A stretch of DNA of 64,000 nucleotides from a virus: the IMG/VR virus record IMGVR_UViG_3300045995_000378; one strand, written 5' to 3'. A program made the translations under genes and the position numbers. Under the pieces are notes generated by a model. That model was not told the origin of the DNA. It saw only the letters and a program-made list of their open reading frames with translations, and made no database searches. Below, one piece after another: positions 8,049 to 17,528 of this stretch; within the stretch, counting starts at the first letter, position 1, and the number at the start of each line of letters is the position of its first letter.

Positions 8049-8612
8049 CTACTTTTTCACCAACAGCGGCATCACTATAGCAGTGCGGGTTTTAGTGGCA
8101 ATAATCACCGGCTGGTTCTCGCCGTAAATCCGCACGTTCATCAGCTCATTGGAGATAGCGTCTTGGAGTAGCTTGATGTTTACGGGATGATGTTTAAGAA
8201 TCTCAGTGTAGAAGTAAGTAGGATTGGTAATAGCGATTTCATGCTCAGGGGTGTTACCCTCCATGGTTATGACTGGCCTGTTCCAATTGGGAAACAATCT
8301 ATCATCAGAACCATCCGGCTTGGCGATAAGTATTACCTTGGACTGGTTGATAGCGTACACATCATATTCACCACAAGATATACTCGGATAGGGGTTGGTG
8401 ATTAAATGCAGCCTGTGGCCGTCCGTAGCGACTATTTTGGCAGGTTCGACCAGTATGCCGGTTATGGCAGGCCGGGTGATGTCGCGGGATCGAGCCTTGA
8501 ATAGCCATTGGAGGTCGAGAAAGGCGGTGTCGAAACGGGATTTCTTGGTGATTATGTAGAATAGTGCGCCGGGGGTTACAACTTCTTTTGCTGATTCATT
8601 TTCCATTTTCAT
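8049..8612 (-). CDS. DNA polymerase III beta (sliding clamp)-like single-domain protein
   Basis: motif VATDGHRLHLI matches the conserved ATDGHRL of DnaN; only ~187 aa, about one clamp domain. Confidence 0.4.
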   Translation of the reverse strand: MKMENESAKEVVTPGALFYIITKKSRFDTAFLDLQWLFKARSRDITRPAITGILVEPAKIVATDGHRLHLITNPYPSISCGEYDVYAINQSKVILIAKPDGSDDRLFPNWNRPVITMEGNTPEHEIAITNPTYFYTEILKHHPVNIKLLQDAISNELMNVRIYGENQPVIIATKTRTAIVMPLLVKK

Positions 8613-9028
8613 CTCCGCTCTTTGCCAAGGGTAAATATCCCTTCTCGGTCAAAAAGAACTAAATCCATCTTAGATAATTTATCGTGGTCATATATATTGC
8701 CAATCACCTCAAGGTTGCAATCGTGGTCATCAAGGGGGATAGATTGGCTACCAGAATCTAGCCAGAAAGAAGTATATTGAAAAGTTATTACGCCTATCCG
8801 CTCGTTCCATTCACAACCAAATCCAGGCAATTGATTAAGAATATCCCCTTCGTAAATATCAATTCCATTTTTATCCTTCAACCCTGTAAATTCCATGAGT
8901 TCAAAATGAGTGTCAAAAATACCAACACTTTCCCAAAAACCAGTATCGCCGCTTGACGCAGACCAATCTAACATTTTTTTATTGTTTTTATCCCATGCGC
9001 GAAATTTAATTTCTCTTTGCTTAGCCAT
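8609..9028 (-). CDS. YopX family protein
   Basis: N-terminal KFRAWDK..KM motif and overall YopX-like layout. Confidence 0.6.
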   Translation of the reverse strand: MAKQREIKFRAWDKNNKKMLDWSASSGDTGFWESVGIFDTHFELMEFTGLKDKNGIDIYEGDILNQLPGFGCEWNERIGVITFQYTSFWLDSGSQSIPLDDHDCNLEVIGNIYDHDKLSKMDLVLFDREGIFTLGKERR

Positions 9029-9224
9029 TTGAGTCTCCTGTTTTAATTAAATAGTTATTTTATGATTTCGCTCAGACTCAACACCTTTTAAAAAGCTGAT
9101 ATAAAGAGGAAAGTCGTCGTGTGCTTTAATCATTTCACTCCACACGTCCCAAGTCTCCCAATCTACTTCTTCCTCAAGCCATGTAAGGAAATAATCTTTT
9201 ATATCTAACTTTTCATTTTCCATA

Positions 9225-9542
9225 TTATTCTCCTTTCATTAATTTGTACAATTTCTGGATACATTCAAAGCATAACCATACGGTATTGCTTTCATAATCA
9301 GGTTCCTCGCCAATCTCAATAACAGGGATTGACTGTTTCCCACACTCAGAACAAGACATAGTTGTCCATGTGTCATTTCCAATAATATCTGCTATTTGTT
9401 TTGATGTGGCTATCTCAGCGTCTAAGGCGTTGAGTTGGATCATCTTGTCAAGTTTATCTTTCCCATATTTACCATCTTCATACATCCCCTGCCATCTTTG
9501 CGGAACTTCTCTAATTTTATCGCGTTCAGTTATCAGTTTCAT
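9225..9542 (-). CDS. hypothetical protein with C-terminal zinc ribbon (CSECGK...CFEC)
   Basis: four Cys in two CxxC pairs. Confidence 0.45.
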   Translation of the reverse strand: MKLITERDKIREVPQRWQGMYEDGKYGKDKLDKMIQLNALDAEIATSKQIADIIGNDTWTTMSCSECGKQSIPVIEIGEEPDYESNTVWLCFECIQKLYKLMKGE

Positions 9543-9593
9543 GGTTCATTCTCCTTTTCAATTTCAGGTTCGGGTTGGATCGTGTTTTGGTAT

Positions 9594-9622
9594 CTGATAC
9601 ACCTTATTTAATATGTTGTCAA
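9594..9622 (-). promoter_or_regulatory. sigma70-like promoter GCTTGACAACATATTAAATAAGGTGTATCAG (minus strand)
   Basis: TTGACA-N17-TATCAG; conserved with the promoters at 29858..29886 and 30382..30409. Confidence 0.55.
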
Positions 9623-9643
9623 GCGTTATGTTAATTAGTCGGA

Positions 9644-10051
9644 TTACTCCTTTTTTCTTACAACCTCATTCTTTTTTATAATAAACTTGCCACTATCCAA
9701 CAAATCAGAAAAGGATTCCCGTAATTCATCCAAAGGTACGCTTTTTTCGTATGTATGTGTTTCTTGGTGTACGCTTAATCCCATGCTTATTACTGGCGGC
9801 ATTTCGTGAAATTTTTCAAATAGCTCTTCTTCCATCGTTAAACCCTTACACCAGCACTCTTTGTCACCACAATGATGATATTCATCTCTTTTTTTCTTGC
9901 GGTAATTATCTTCATTGTCCCAAGGGTCGATACTTAGTTTTATTGCTTTTCTTATCAACGAGTCCTTGTTGAGGCTTCTCTCTGATTTTGGGGTGAGTCC
10001 ATTTCTTACCCAAAGCAATGTCCAAACAGTAAATGTATGCGTTCTTTCCAT
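9644..10051 (-). CDS. hypothetical protein (135 aa, HHCGDKECWC)
   Basis: ORF. Confidence 0.45.
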   Translation of the reverse strand: MERTHTFTVWTLLWVRNGLTPKSERSLNKDSLIRKAIKLSIDPWDNEDNYRKKKRDEYHHCGDKECWCKGLTMEEELFEKFHEMPPVISMGLSVHQETHTYEKSVPLDELRESFSDLLDSGKFIIKKNEVVRKKE

Positions 10052-10084
10052 GATAATGATTCCCCTTTCTTGTTGGAATGTTAA

Positions 10085-11671
10085 TCAATCAATAGCCTGA
10101 ACCCACCACTTCGGCATCGCGGAGATGTTCTCTGTTAGTGCCTTGAACACTTGCTTATCGCCTATGTAGGATTTTCCATGGTCATTCTTAGAGCGAACAA
10201 TTCTGCCCGTCATCTGGACGACATCAAGCAGCATGGTGTTAGTGTACCATTTCTGCCCTATTGCACCACTATACAATCTTTTGGACGTAGAAGCCTCACC
10301 AAGCGATAAGAAGGGCGCTTTGGCAATGTAACACCATCTGGCCTTATCGTCTTCGCAGGATACCCCACGAACCATTGCAGGGGATATTATGACCAAGGGT
10401 TTATCCGACGCTAACCATTTGGTGACAACTTCTTCCCGGTCTTGCGATGTATGGGTAACTATCCGTGGTGAATTTAGAGCCTCAGCAATCTTCTTTGATA
10501 GCAGGTATGAGGTTGCGTGAATGATACCCTTTTCGTTTTTGTGGATCTCCATGACCTTTTTTATATCCTCAATCAACAGCGGCAATTCAGCATCGGTTGT
10601 TTTAGCTGTCATGTTGGCAACATCACGAAAGTAAATAGGCCGGTTCTCAACGGGGAAATTGGAAGGGACTTGAAAATACTCCATGTCGTCGGGGTCAAGG
10701 CCGAGGGTTTTTGAAAGCAGAAGCCGGGGAAGTAGCGTCCCTGACATCAAGATAAAATTATCTGCGTGTTTCCACAACGCTTCTTCGCTAAGCGCAGGGG
10801 AGAGCCATAGAGGTTTAAACTTAGTAACCGCTTGCCGTGAACCCTGCCGTTCGGTAAACTCCATGATCCAGTCACGGTCAACGGAGGCTAAAAACGTCTG
10901 GCATCGTTCCCATAGGTGCTTGTAGAAATCACGTTCTCGTAACTTGGAAAACTGCTGGTCGTCTTCTATGCTATCCCATGATTCTATTTCTGATTCCAAC
11001 TTTACCCAGACTTCTTTAGAACGGTGCAATGCCTCAGCACCAAAATCCTTCCATGATGATAACCCATCCTGAGACGTAACAGTTTTTCGTGATGGGCCAG
11101 CGTCTAAACCTAAACGGTATAGAGCACGTTCAGTGAAGGATAATTCAATGGCAGATAGTAACGAACCCTCCAAGGCATCTGCCTCATCAATAATGGTCAA
11201 GGGTGTGCCGCTGAACCTACCGGCAAATTTTAATTCACTTAACAGATAACTATAATTTACGATTCTTAGCGACGAATCCAGTACCTTTGCCTTGGCAACC
11301 TTGTATAGACATCTGCTAAGAAATTCGCATGGATTGGCTTTGGTAGTTACGCATTGCTCACAGGTTTTATCACTATCAAGCAAACACTCGTAGTTATTTC
11401 TTCCGTACAGAATCATTCCGTTTGGAAAATCAGAGGCAAGTTGTGCCTGTAATTGCTTTGTCGAGCATGTATAGTTGGCCTCGCCTGCCATAATACCGCA
11501 GATAATTCCTATCAGGCTCTTCCCCGATCCAGTGGGCGCATCAATGACCTTTATTCGCTTATTTGACTCCATTACCGCCGTGATTGTTTCGAGTTGCGAT
11601 TGCCGCCACGGTTTATCCCTGAAGTTGCTGAGTTTACTTTTCGCTAATTCAGCCGTCATGATTGTGTGCAT
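10085..11671 (-). CDS. SF2 DNA helicase, DinG/Rad3-like
   Basis: Walker A DAPTGSGKS, box II IIDEADAL, Cys cluster CEQC...C...C, motif VI GRIVRS. Confidence 0.6.
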   Translation of the reverse strand: MHTIMTAELAKSKLSNFRDKPWRQSQLETITAVMESNKRIKVIDAPTGSGKSLIGIICGIMAGEANYTCSTKQLQAQLASDFPNGMILYGRNNYECLLDSDKTCEQCVTTKANPCEFLSRCLYKVAKAKVLDSSLRIVNYSYLLSELKFAGRFSGTPLTIIDEADALEGSLLSAIELSFTERALYRLGLDAGPSRKTVTSQDGLSSWKDFGAEALHRSKEVWVKLESEIESWDSIEDDQQFSKLRERDFYKHLWERCQTFLASVDRDWIMEFTERQGSRQAVTKFKPLWLSPALSEEALWKHADNFILMSGTLLPRLLLSKTLGLDPDDMEYFQVPSNFPVENRPIYFRDVANMTAKTTDAELPLLIEDIKKVMEIHKNEKGIIHATSYLLSKKIAEALNSPRIVTHTSQDREEVVTKWLASDKPLVIISPAMVRGVSCEDDKARWCYIAKAPFLSLGEASTSKRLYSGAIGQKWYTNTMLLDVVQMTGRIVRSKNDHGKSYIGDKQVFKALTENISAMPKWWVQAID

Positions 11672-11868
11672 GATTTACCCTTCCTTGTTTCCCATTATCA
11701 ATTTACGTTCTTTTTTAGTTATTGGAGCGTAATCTACATATACACCCTTGCTTGATACGTCGATAAAAGTGTCCTCGCTAACCTCGCAGGTTTCATTTTC
11801 TGACGAATAGTGGAGGCAAGTAGTAGCGTTGCATTCGATAAATACTTTTCTCATGATTCACCTTTCCT

Positions 11869-12117
11869 TTACAATTCACCTTGAGCTGTTAGATATGTCA
11901 ACACCCCTCGCATCTGGTCGCTTAATGTTTCGATAATTACACTTTCCAGTTCGTTGGATACGAATTCATCGGATAGGTGGATGATCTGATATCGTTTGCC
12001 TCTGGAATAGGATTTCTTGGTGACTACCTTGAATGAATGGTAGCCGTCTGATTCTCGGCGGTCATAATAGATATCAAATTCATCCGTTTCAACGTGATAG
12101 TAGTTTTGATATTCCAT
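11869..12117 (-). CDS. hypothetical protein (82 aa)
   Basis: ORF. Confidence 0.4.
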   Translation of the reverse strand: MEYQNYYHVETDEFDIYYDRRESDGYHSFKVVTKKSYSRGKRYQIIHLSDEFVSNELESVIIETLSDQMRGVLTYLTAQGEL

Positions 12118-12146
12118 AATCCCTTTACCTTTCCTGTTTCCTGTTC

Positions 12147-12287
12147 TGGTTATCGTCTAATATCAATTCTAAGCCGCTCTGGTATGGTAGCCTTGCCAAC
12201 TACCTTTTTAACCTGATCGTTGAACCTATGGCCTATTCTGTGACTTTTTTGGCATATTGCGAAGGGTAGTGTGACGGCATATAACAT
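12147..12287 (-). CDS. small basic protein (~46 aa), not in the ORF track; approximate coordinates
   Basis: AGGAGG SD; MLYAVTLPFAICQKSHRIGHRF... Confidence 0.3.
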
Positions 12288-12314
12288 TTTCAATCCTCCT
12301 TCTGCGGGTTGAGG

Positions 12315-13061
12315 TTAACTAAAATCAAATACCGATTGCGATAATCGCTTGACGGCTATCTCGCAGTATTTCTCTTCGATCTCAATACCGATTGCTTTTC
12401 GTCCTAATTGCTTAGCAGCGAAAAGTGTAGTCCCAACACCCATAAATGGGTCAAGAACAACATCCTTATCTTTGGTAAAATAACCTATGAAATAATTACA
12501 CATTGCAATTGGAAAAGTTGCATGGTGCTCTTTGAATGATTCTTTTTTATACCATGTCTTGATATTAGGAACATAACCATTAGAAGGGAAATTGGAATAT
12601 GAGAATACTTTACTTTTATTTTCACCAAGTAAAAAGACAAATTCAAAGCCATTTGCCATTATGGGCGACCCTTGCATGGCGATTTGTTGTGCTACTGCTT
12701 GCTTCTGCCAGATAAAAATATCCTTTATGTTTCCATCAAAGTAGGAAAATATTTTATGTATCACATCTTTGGTGCTCACAATATATTGCATATTCCAAAA
12801 CACATATCGTGATTTCAATAAACATGATTCTATCGCGGCAATAATCATATCCATGTATTGAATTTGGTTAATATTATCTTTATATTCATTGTAATAATTA
12901 TTACCTATTTTAGTTTTGGGATGATATCCTAAATTTTTCTTGCTACTAATGTTATAAGGCGGTGAGGTAAGTACCAAATCCACTGGGGCAAGTTCCGGCA
13001 ATATCTCCCTGCAATCACCATGATAAATTGTAATATTGTCAGATTCGTAATACGGCTTCAT
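12315..13061 (-). CDS. DNA methyltransferase (N4-cytosine/N6-adenine family, pfam01555-like)
   Basis: TSPPYN catalytic motif and C-terminal DPFMGVGTT SAM-binding motif. Confidence 0.8.
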   Translation of the reverse strand: MKPYYESDNITIYHGDCREILPELAPVDLVLTSPPYNISSKKNLGYHPKTKIGNNYYNEYKDNINQIQYMDMIIAAIESCLLKSRYVFWNMQYIVSTKDVIHKIFSYFDGNIKDIFIWQKQAVAQQIAMQGSPIMANGFEFVFLLGENKSKVFSYSNFPSNGYVPNIKTWYKKESFKEHHATFPIAMCNYFIGYFTKDKDVVLDPFMGVGTTLFAAKQLGRKAIGIEIEEKYCEIAVKRLSQSVFDFS

Positions 13062-13078
13062 GCTATCTCTCCTGTTAT

Positions 13079-13114
13079 CTGCTACCTGCTACCTGCTACC
13101 TGCTACCTACCTAC
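13079..13114. repeat. (CTGCTAC)x4 + (CTAC)x2 heptanucleotide microsatellite in the 5' leader of the methyltransferase gene
   Basis: perfect tandem copies starting 18 nt upstream of the start codon, immediately 5' of the SD. Confidence 0.8.
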
Positions 13115-13155
13115 CCCTCCTTTCAAGCCAAGAGGTTCAAGGGGGGGCTACTACT

Positions 13156-13413
13156 TTACTCTTCCACCGGTGCCACAAAAAATATTTGGTCGAGTTCTTT
13201 TGTGTACAATTCATTCAAGTCAATCCCCATTTCTTCGGCTTCCAGTTTTCCCGGCCAGTACCCCGACCATCGTGCGAAGACTCGGTTATGACCTTCGCAA
13301 CCACATTGAATAAATTGGCCACCACAAACAGAACATCGTTCCACGTCACAATTATAACGGTGAACGAATCCGGGTAGAACTTCACAATCTGGACAAATAG
13401 TTGGTAATGACAT
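13156..13413 (-). CDS. Cys-rich zinc-binding protein (85 aa)
   Basis: CPDC, CDVERCSVCGG, CGCEGH. Confidence 0.5.
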   Translation of the reverse strand: MSLPTICPDCEVLPGFVHRYNCDVERCSVCGGQFIQCGCEGHNRVFARWSGYWPGKLEAEEMGIDLNELYTKELDQIFFVAPVEE

Positions 13414-13454
13414 TTTGAATCTCCTTAGTGATTGAATTATTTTGGGTTAACATA

Positions 13455-13823
13455 TTACGATAGGCAAACACTACTTGCTCGTTGTTCCGCCACTCGCTTT
13501 AACTGTTCCACATAAAATTTTTCCTCTCCGTGATTCATGGCCCAATGTTGATTTCTTATTTTATCGCGGGCGGGGTTTTTATATATTTTATTATGCAATG
13601 GTTTTTCATTTTCAATTGCTAATTTTTCAGCTTCCTCAGCCAACCGTCTTAATGTAAATCTCTGGATAGTAATATTGCAAATTTCAGCAAACCATTTTGA
13701 GTTTCTTTTGTGCTGAGAAATTCGGTGGAGGACAGAAACGGATATCCCAATATAAAGCAGGTTGCCATCCTTATCAAAGTGACGGTATAGGTGACAAAAT
13801 CGGTTAGATTTGTTTGTGTTCAT
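13455..13823 (-). CDS. GIY-YIG nuclease domain protein
   Basis: LYRHFDKDGNLLYIGIS...LHRISQHK matches GIY-(10)-YIG...R..H. Confidence 0.5.
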   Translation of the reverse strand: MNTNKSNRFCHLYRHFDKDGNLLYIGISVSVLHRISQHKRNSKWFAEICNITIQRFTLRRLAEEAEKLAIENEKPLHNKIYKNPARDKIRNQHWAMNHGEEKFYVEQLKRVAEQRASSVCLS

Positions 13824-13980
13824 TTCGTTTCTCCTATTAAAAGAAGTTCTAATAAGATCTTGTATACTAAGAGTCTTCTACAGGGGGGTAGACGACTTGC
13901 AAAATTGCATAATTCCATAACTGCATAATCCCCTATGGTGTAGATGAAAAGCAAAAAAGCAAATAAGCATAAAAGCATTA

Positions 13981-14679
13981 TCACCCAACCTCGTGTATTC
14001 CATGCTCTTTTTGTTTTTGCTTCATCGCGTAGAGCTTCTTCTGCCTGATACGTTCAGCAGCTCTAACTTCCTCACCCTTGTTTATCATCAAATCCAAAAC
14101 CTCGGCCATCTTGATTCTGTCATTTGCGTTCTCGAAAGTTGCGATATATTTATCTACTTTTCCGTCCATTTCTTCGTCTGTCATAAACCCTTCTGCCTTC
14201 TTTTCGCAAAAGGAAGCGAACAATTCCTTCACAGATTTCATCTGATCCCAGATAATAAATTGAGCTTCCTGATCTTCGAGAAGTTGAGATAATGGATATT
14301 TTTTCTGATTTTTTTTGACAATATAAACTTGTTCAAGGATTCTTGCTCCAATATAATGAGACAATAAATCTACTTGAACCCGGAACCGAAAGAATGATTT
14401 ATTGCACTCGAATATCTGCTGGCAAACCTTCCCGATTTCATCAAAGGTTGTGATGCTAATCTTGGTTTTTGCTCCCCTTAAATATCTTAGCATAGGTAGA
14501 TCATCGACAAATTTGCCATAAGGTAGCCTGTTGTACCACTTAATTTTGCCTTTGCCATCAAGGTCGCCATCTTGCTTGACGTTTTTATTTGGTTTTGTTT
14601 TAGGCCAGTTTTCATCATCATTAAGCTGGTCTTCATCGGACACTTCCCATGCCCCACTTTCCCTACCTTGTGCCTTCAT
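13981..14679 (-). CDS. hypothetical protein (232 aa)
   Basis: ORF. Confidence 0.45.
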   Translation of the reverse strand: MKAQGRESGAWEVSDEDQLNDDENWPKTKPNKNVKQDGDLDGKGKIKWYNRLPYGKFVDDLPMLRYLRGAKTKISITTFDEIGKVCQQIFECNKSFFRFRVQVDLLSHYIGARILEQVYIVKKNQKKYPLSQLLEDQEAQFIIWDQMKSVKELFASFCEKKAEGFMTDEEMDGKVDKYIATFENANDRIKMAEVLDLMINKGEEVRAAERIRQKKLYAMKQKQKEHGIHEVG

Positions 14680-14752
14680 AACACTAACCTCCTCAAATGA
14701 AATAGTTTAGTAAAATTGCTCATCCGCGTGTAACCCGTTGTCATTTCCCATT

Positions 14753-14896
14753 TCATTTATCGGTTCTGGTACTTTTCTTTTCCTTATCCCAATACGCTGA
14801 TTTGCAATGGGGGCAGATTCGGATTTCAACGATTCTTGGATTCCACTCATAGCCACACCTCCTGCACTTTAGTTGCTTATTTATTATAATTTTCAT
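14753..14896 (-). CDS. zinc-ribbon protein (47 aa; LKCRRCGYEW...CPHCKS), not in the ORF track
   Basis: AGGAGGTG SD; paralog of the plus-strand candidate at 2273..2419. Confidence 0.45.
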   Translation of the reverse strand: MKIIINKQLKCRRCGYEWNPRIVEIRICPHCKSAYWDKEKKSTRTDK

Positions 14897-14941
14897 GGCT
14901 ATTAAGTATCACCTCCTAAGTAAATTGTCAAGGGGTTATTT

Positions 14942-15112
14942 ATCATTCAACAGGTTTCCTATAAGCCTGATACCCATTATCCTTCGGTTTGGTTGGCTTA
15001 GTTTCGATCTCCTTGGTTCTCACGCCGAATTCCTTGCCATCTTTATCGGTACGAGAACACACGGTTGAGATTGCGTAAGTACGCGAACAAACGTAGCATT
15101 TGAATAGCCTCA
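14942..15112 (-). CDS. zinc-ribbon protein (~56 aa; CYVCSRTY...CSRTD), not in the ORF track; approximate end
   Basis: GGAAGGTG SD before the ATG. Confidence 0.35.
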
Positions 15113-15264
15113 TTTATTCACCTTCCCATCATAGTGCAAATACGCCTTGTAAGCCATGCCACCCCAAAACATCAATAACGGTGTCCACCATCCGGGGTAG
15201 TGATTACCAATGGCAAATGGGATTGCATAGCAAGCAGCACACAAAAATAAAATGTAAAGATATC

Positions 15265-15561
15265 TCATTTATGGTCATCCTCTATATAGGTAAAATCACC
15301 ACACCTCATGATATCCATATTCTTAACTGTACGGGTATGCAATAAACAGTAATGTCTACCCTCCTGATACACGCAATCATCGCAGGTTGGTTCATTAGGT
15401 TCAGCGCGGCGAAGGTCAAATTTCTCCCACTTTACAAACTTACCACATTGGCATCGAAGGGGGAATTTTCCATGTCCATGTATATAGCAATCCTCATTGG
15501 GCTCATCCGCCAATATAGAACAGATACAATAATCTATTCGCTTACAGATATGTTTTTCCAT
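15265..15561 (-). CDS. Cys/His-rich protein (98 aa)
   Basis: multiple CxxC/HGHG motifs. Confidence 0.5.
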   Translation of the reverse strand: MEKHICKRIDYCICSILADEPNEDCYIHGHGKFPLRCQCGKFVKWEKFDLRRAEPNEPTCDDCVYQEGRHYCLLHTRTVKNMDIMRCGDFTYIEDDHK

Positions 15562-15791
15562 TAAACCTCCTCTACGTTTGAGTACAATTTCTCATTGCGT
15601 ACCTGCCATTTAATAAGTGCCACGTCTTCGTCTACGTCACTGGCATAGCGGAAGCAAGCATTGGATAACGCTGCCTCTTCGTTGTAGGCGTAAGTGGTAA
15701 AATGGCTGTCCTCAATTACAACCTCATATTGGTTTTTTCTTTGTGATGGATTTTTGCCTATCTTTGTCGGTTTGAATTTCATATCATCCAC
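15561..15791 (-). CDS. hypothetical protein (76 aa)
   Basis: ORF, ATGA-type overlap with the flanking gene. Confidence 0.45.
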   Translation of the reverse strand: MDDMKFKPTKIGKNPSQRKNQYEVVIEDSHFTTYAYNEEAALSNACFRYASDVDEDVALIKWQVRNEKLYSNVEEV

Positions 15792-16117
15792 CCCTTAACC
15801 CATTCTATGATATCATCGTCAATGGTTTCAAGGGTTATCATCCCATCTTCATATTTAATTCTAACCCTTGCCTCGCGATACTCATCGTCATGATTGTAAA
15901 TGTTGACTGTGATTATATCTTGTCCTTTTATTTGTAATGCTTTGAAATATCTTCCTACTTCATCAACTTCAATAGGGTCAAAAATGCCATTGAACGTGAT
16001 TGATTCGGTAGGCATATCTACTTCTTCCACTGGGTATCCAAGAAGTGTCCATGGTTTAACCTTTCCGACTCCCTTGTCACCAATAAACATCTTTGGATTT
16101 TTACCTGATATTTTCAT
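15779..16117 (-). CDS. hypothetical protein (112 aa)
   Basis: ORF. Confidence 0.45.
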   Translation of the reverse strand: MKISGKNPKMFIGDKGVGKVKPWTLLGYPVEEVDMPTESITFNGIFDPIEVDEVGRYFKALQIKGQDIITVNIYNHDDEYREARVRIKYEDGMITLETIDDDIIEWVKGWMI

Positions 16118-16341
16118 ATATCCTCTCCAAATAAATTAGGTTGCTTACTATTCACCTTATCCCGTTGAAATTGTTTAATCTCTTGCCGTAATTTAGCCTC
16201 CTGCTTCTTCGATAAGCCTTCGGAATGTTGGGACATACAATTCTCTACGCGTTTATCATCAACTCTATGAGCGGTCTTCCGTCCACAATGTTCGCACCAC
16301 TTGAAGATACTTATTACGTTGCGTTGATAGTGCTGAGCCAC
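16114..16341 (-). CDS. zinc-finger protein (CEHCGRK)
   Basis: ORF with a Cys pair. Confidence 0.45.
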   Translation of the reverse strand: MAQHYQRNVISIFKWCEHCGRKTAHRVDDKRVENCMSQHSEGLSKKQEAKLRQEIKQFQRDKVNSKQPNLFGEDI

Positions 16342-16342
16342 C

Positions 16343-16885
16343 CTACAACTCCTTCATTATTTCCCACCATTTAGTAGCAGAATCCAGTATAAACCTTGTG
16401 GCGTGTTCCTTTGTAGGAGCGAAGTAGATATGTACGCCGTAGCGCATTCTCACACTGTTTAACGCACCACGGATACACTCAGGGTGAACTTTAGTATGCT
16501 CTTGCCACTTGAAGATGTCTGATTCCCGATTGTCGATCAAGAGGCCGCACCAACCACCAGAGGCTATAATTCGCTTGAACCGTTCAAGTTTCGGGCGTGT
16601 CTTTGATTCCCATTCAGTAGATAGATACGGGTACAAGTCGCCATAATACTTTTTTTCTATGCAGAAATTATTTATCCCACGTATCTGATAGTCGCCATCC
16701 CTACAACAATCACGCACTACTGTTAGTCCCTTCGGTGGTTTATCTAATAATAACGGGGAGTTCTGTTCCCTCGTGTCAATTATCAAGACCATATCTGGCG
16801 GAATTATGGTATCCTTGAACTTGAACGGGGTAAGGTATTTCAGGTTAGGTTGGATAACACCGCATGTCCGGGGGGTAGCTTTCAC
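16343..16885 (-). CDS. ERCC4 (XPF/Mus81/Hef)-type nuclease domain protein
   Basis: LIIDTRE (D-x-R-E), GDYQI (GDY) and IEKKYYGDL (ERK-like) in canonical order and spacing. Confidence 0.55.
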   Translation of the reverse strand: MKATPRTCGVIQPNLKYLTPFKFKDTIIPPDMVLIIDTREQNSPLLLDKPPKGLTVVRDCCRDGDYQIRGINNFCIEKKYYGDLYPYLSTEWESKTRPKLERFKRIIASGGWCGLLIDNRESDIFKWQEHTKVHPECIRGALNSVRMRYGVHIYFAPTKEHATRFILDSATKWWEIMKEL

Positions 16886-17076
16886 TGTACCTCCATCAAT
16901 TCAAAGGCGTACCCTACCGGCAATGGTTTGGGTATGGTAAATTGGATATTCTTAATTGACCTTGTTTCTTTTTCTGGATTGGGTACAAACGCCTTGCCGG
17001 TGAATGTGCAAATTGTTCCATCTGATAGAGTTATAATGATATTTTGATACATAGGTATAATGGGTTTGGTTCTCAT
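16882..17076 (-). CDS. hypothetical protein (64 aa)
   Basis: ORF. Confidence 0.4.
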   Translation of the reverse strand: MRTKPIIPMYQNIIITLSDGTICTFTGKAFVPNPEKETRSIKNIQFTIPKPLPVGYAFELMEVQ

Positions 17077-17107
17077 TCAATGTTCGCCCCTCTTGAATTG
17101 TTAGATA

Positions 17108-17302
17108 TCATTTCGCCCTCTCGAATTTTGCTATATAATAACTTGTGCATTCCTGCAATTCTTGAACGCCGTGCCATGCGATAACTATCCCATACAAAAT
17201 CAATATAACAACAATCGTATTGATTACTATGTGTAGAAAATGGACACGGCGGAAATTTCGCAATGTGTCACGGTGGACAAGGATGTAGTTTTCACGAATC
17301 AT
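17108..17302 (-). CDS. small membrane protein (64 aa)
   Basis: hydrophobic core VVILILYGIVIAW. Confidence 0.4.
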   Translation of the reverse strand: MIRENYILVHRDTLRNFRRVHFLHIVINTIVVILILYGIVIAWHGVQELQECTSYYIAKFERAK

Positions 17303-17528
17303 TTCTTCCCTTAAAAATATCAGTTAACCCGCCCAGCATCTTAATTCTCTTAATATCGTGATTGTAGGTATCCTTCGTTACCCGATCCCCGCAATTCGGA
17401 CATTCTCCGCGTTTACAATCCATCCGATCGCCGAACCAGCCACAGTCACACTTTACAGGGTAAACTTGCTCCATCTCTTCCGCTGCCTGTCTCTCGTCCT
17501 CTGTGTACATCGCCGACCTTCCCTCCAT
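17292..17528 (-). CDS. zinc-ribbon protein (CDCGW...CPNCGD)
   Basis: ORF; 5' end overlaps 17446..17637. Confidence 0.45.
   Translation of the reverse strand: MEGRSAMYTEDERQAAEEMEQVYPVKCDCGWFGDRMDCKRGECPNCGDRVTKDTYNHDIKRIKMLGGLTDIFKGRNDS

Noticed and set aside
13020-13377. Plus-strand ORFs 13020..13313 and 13060..13377
   Set aside because: They run antisense across the methyltransferase start and the microsatellite. Low-complexity translation (LLPATC repeats) is caused by the repeat.
14707-14849. Minus-strand ORF MSGIQESLKS... with AGGAGGTG upstream
   Set aside because: The same region in another frame encodes a Cys4 zinc ribbon (14753..14896) with a paralog elsewhere. The AGGAGG lies inside that ribbon ORF (codons RR).
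14904-14931. TTGACA-N16-TACTTA promoter-like element
   Set aside because: The SD of the downstream gene falls inside the would-be spacer and the -10 is poor. Judged a coincidental TTGACA.
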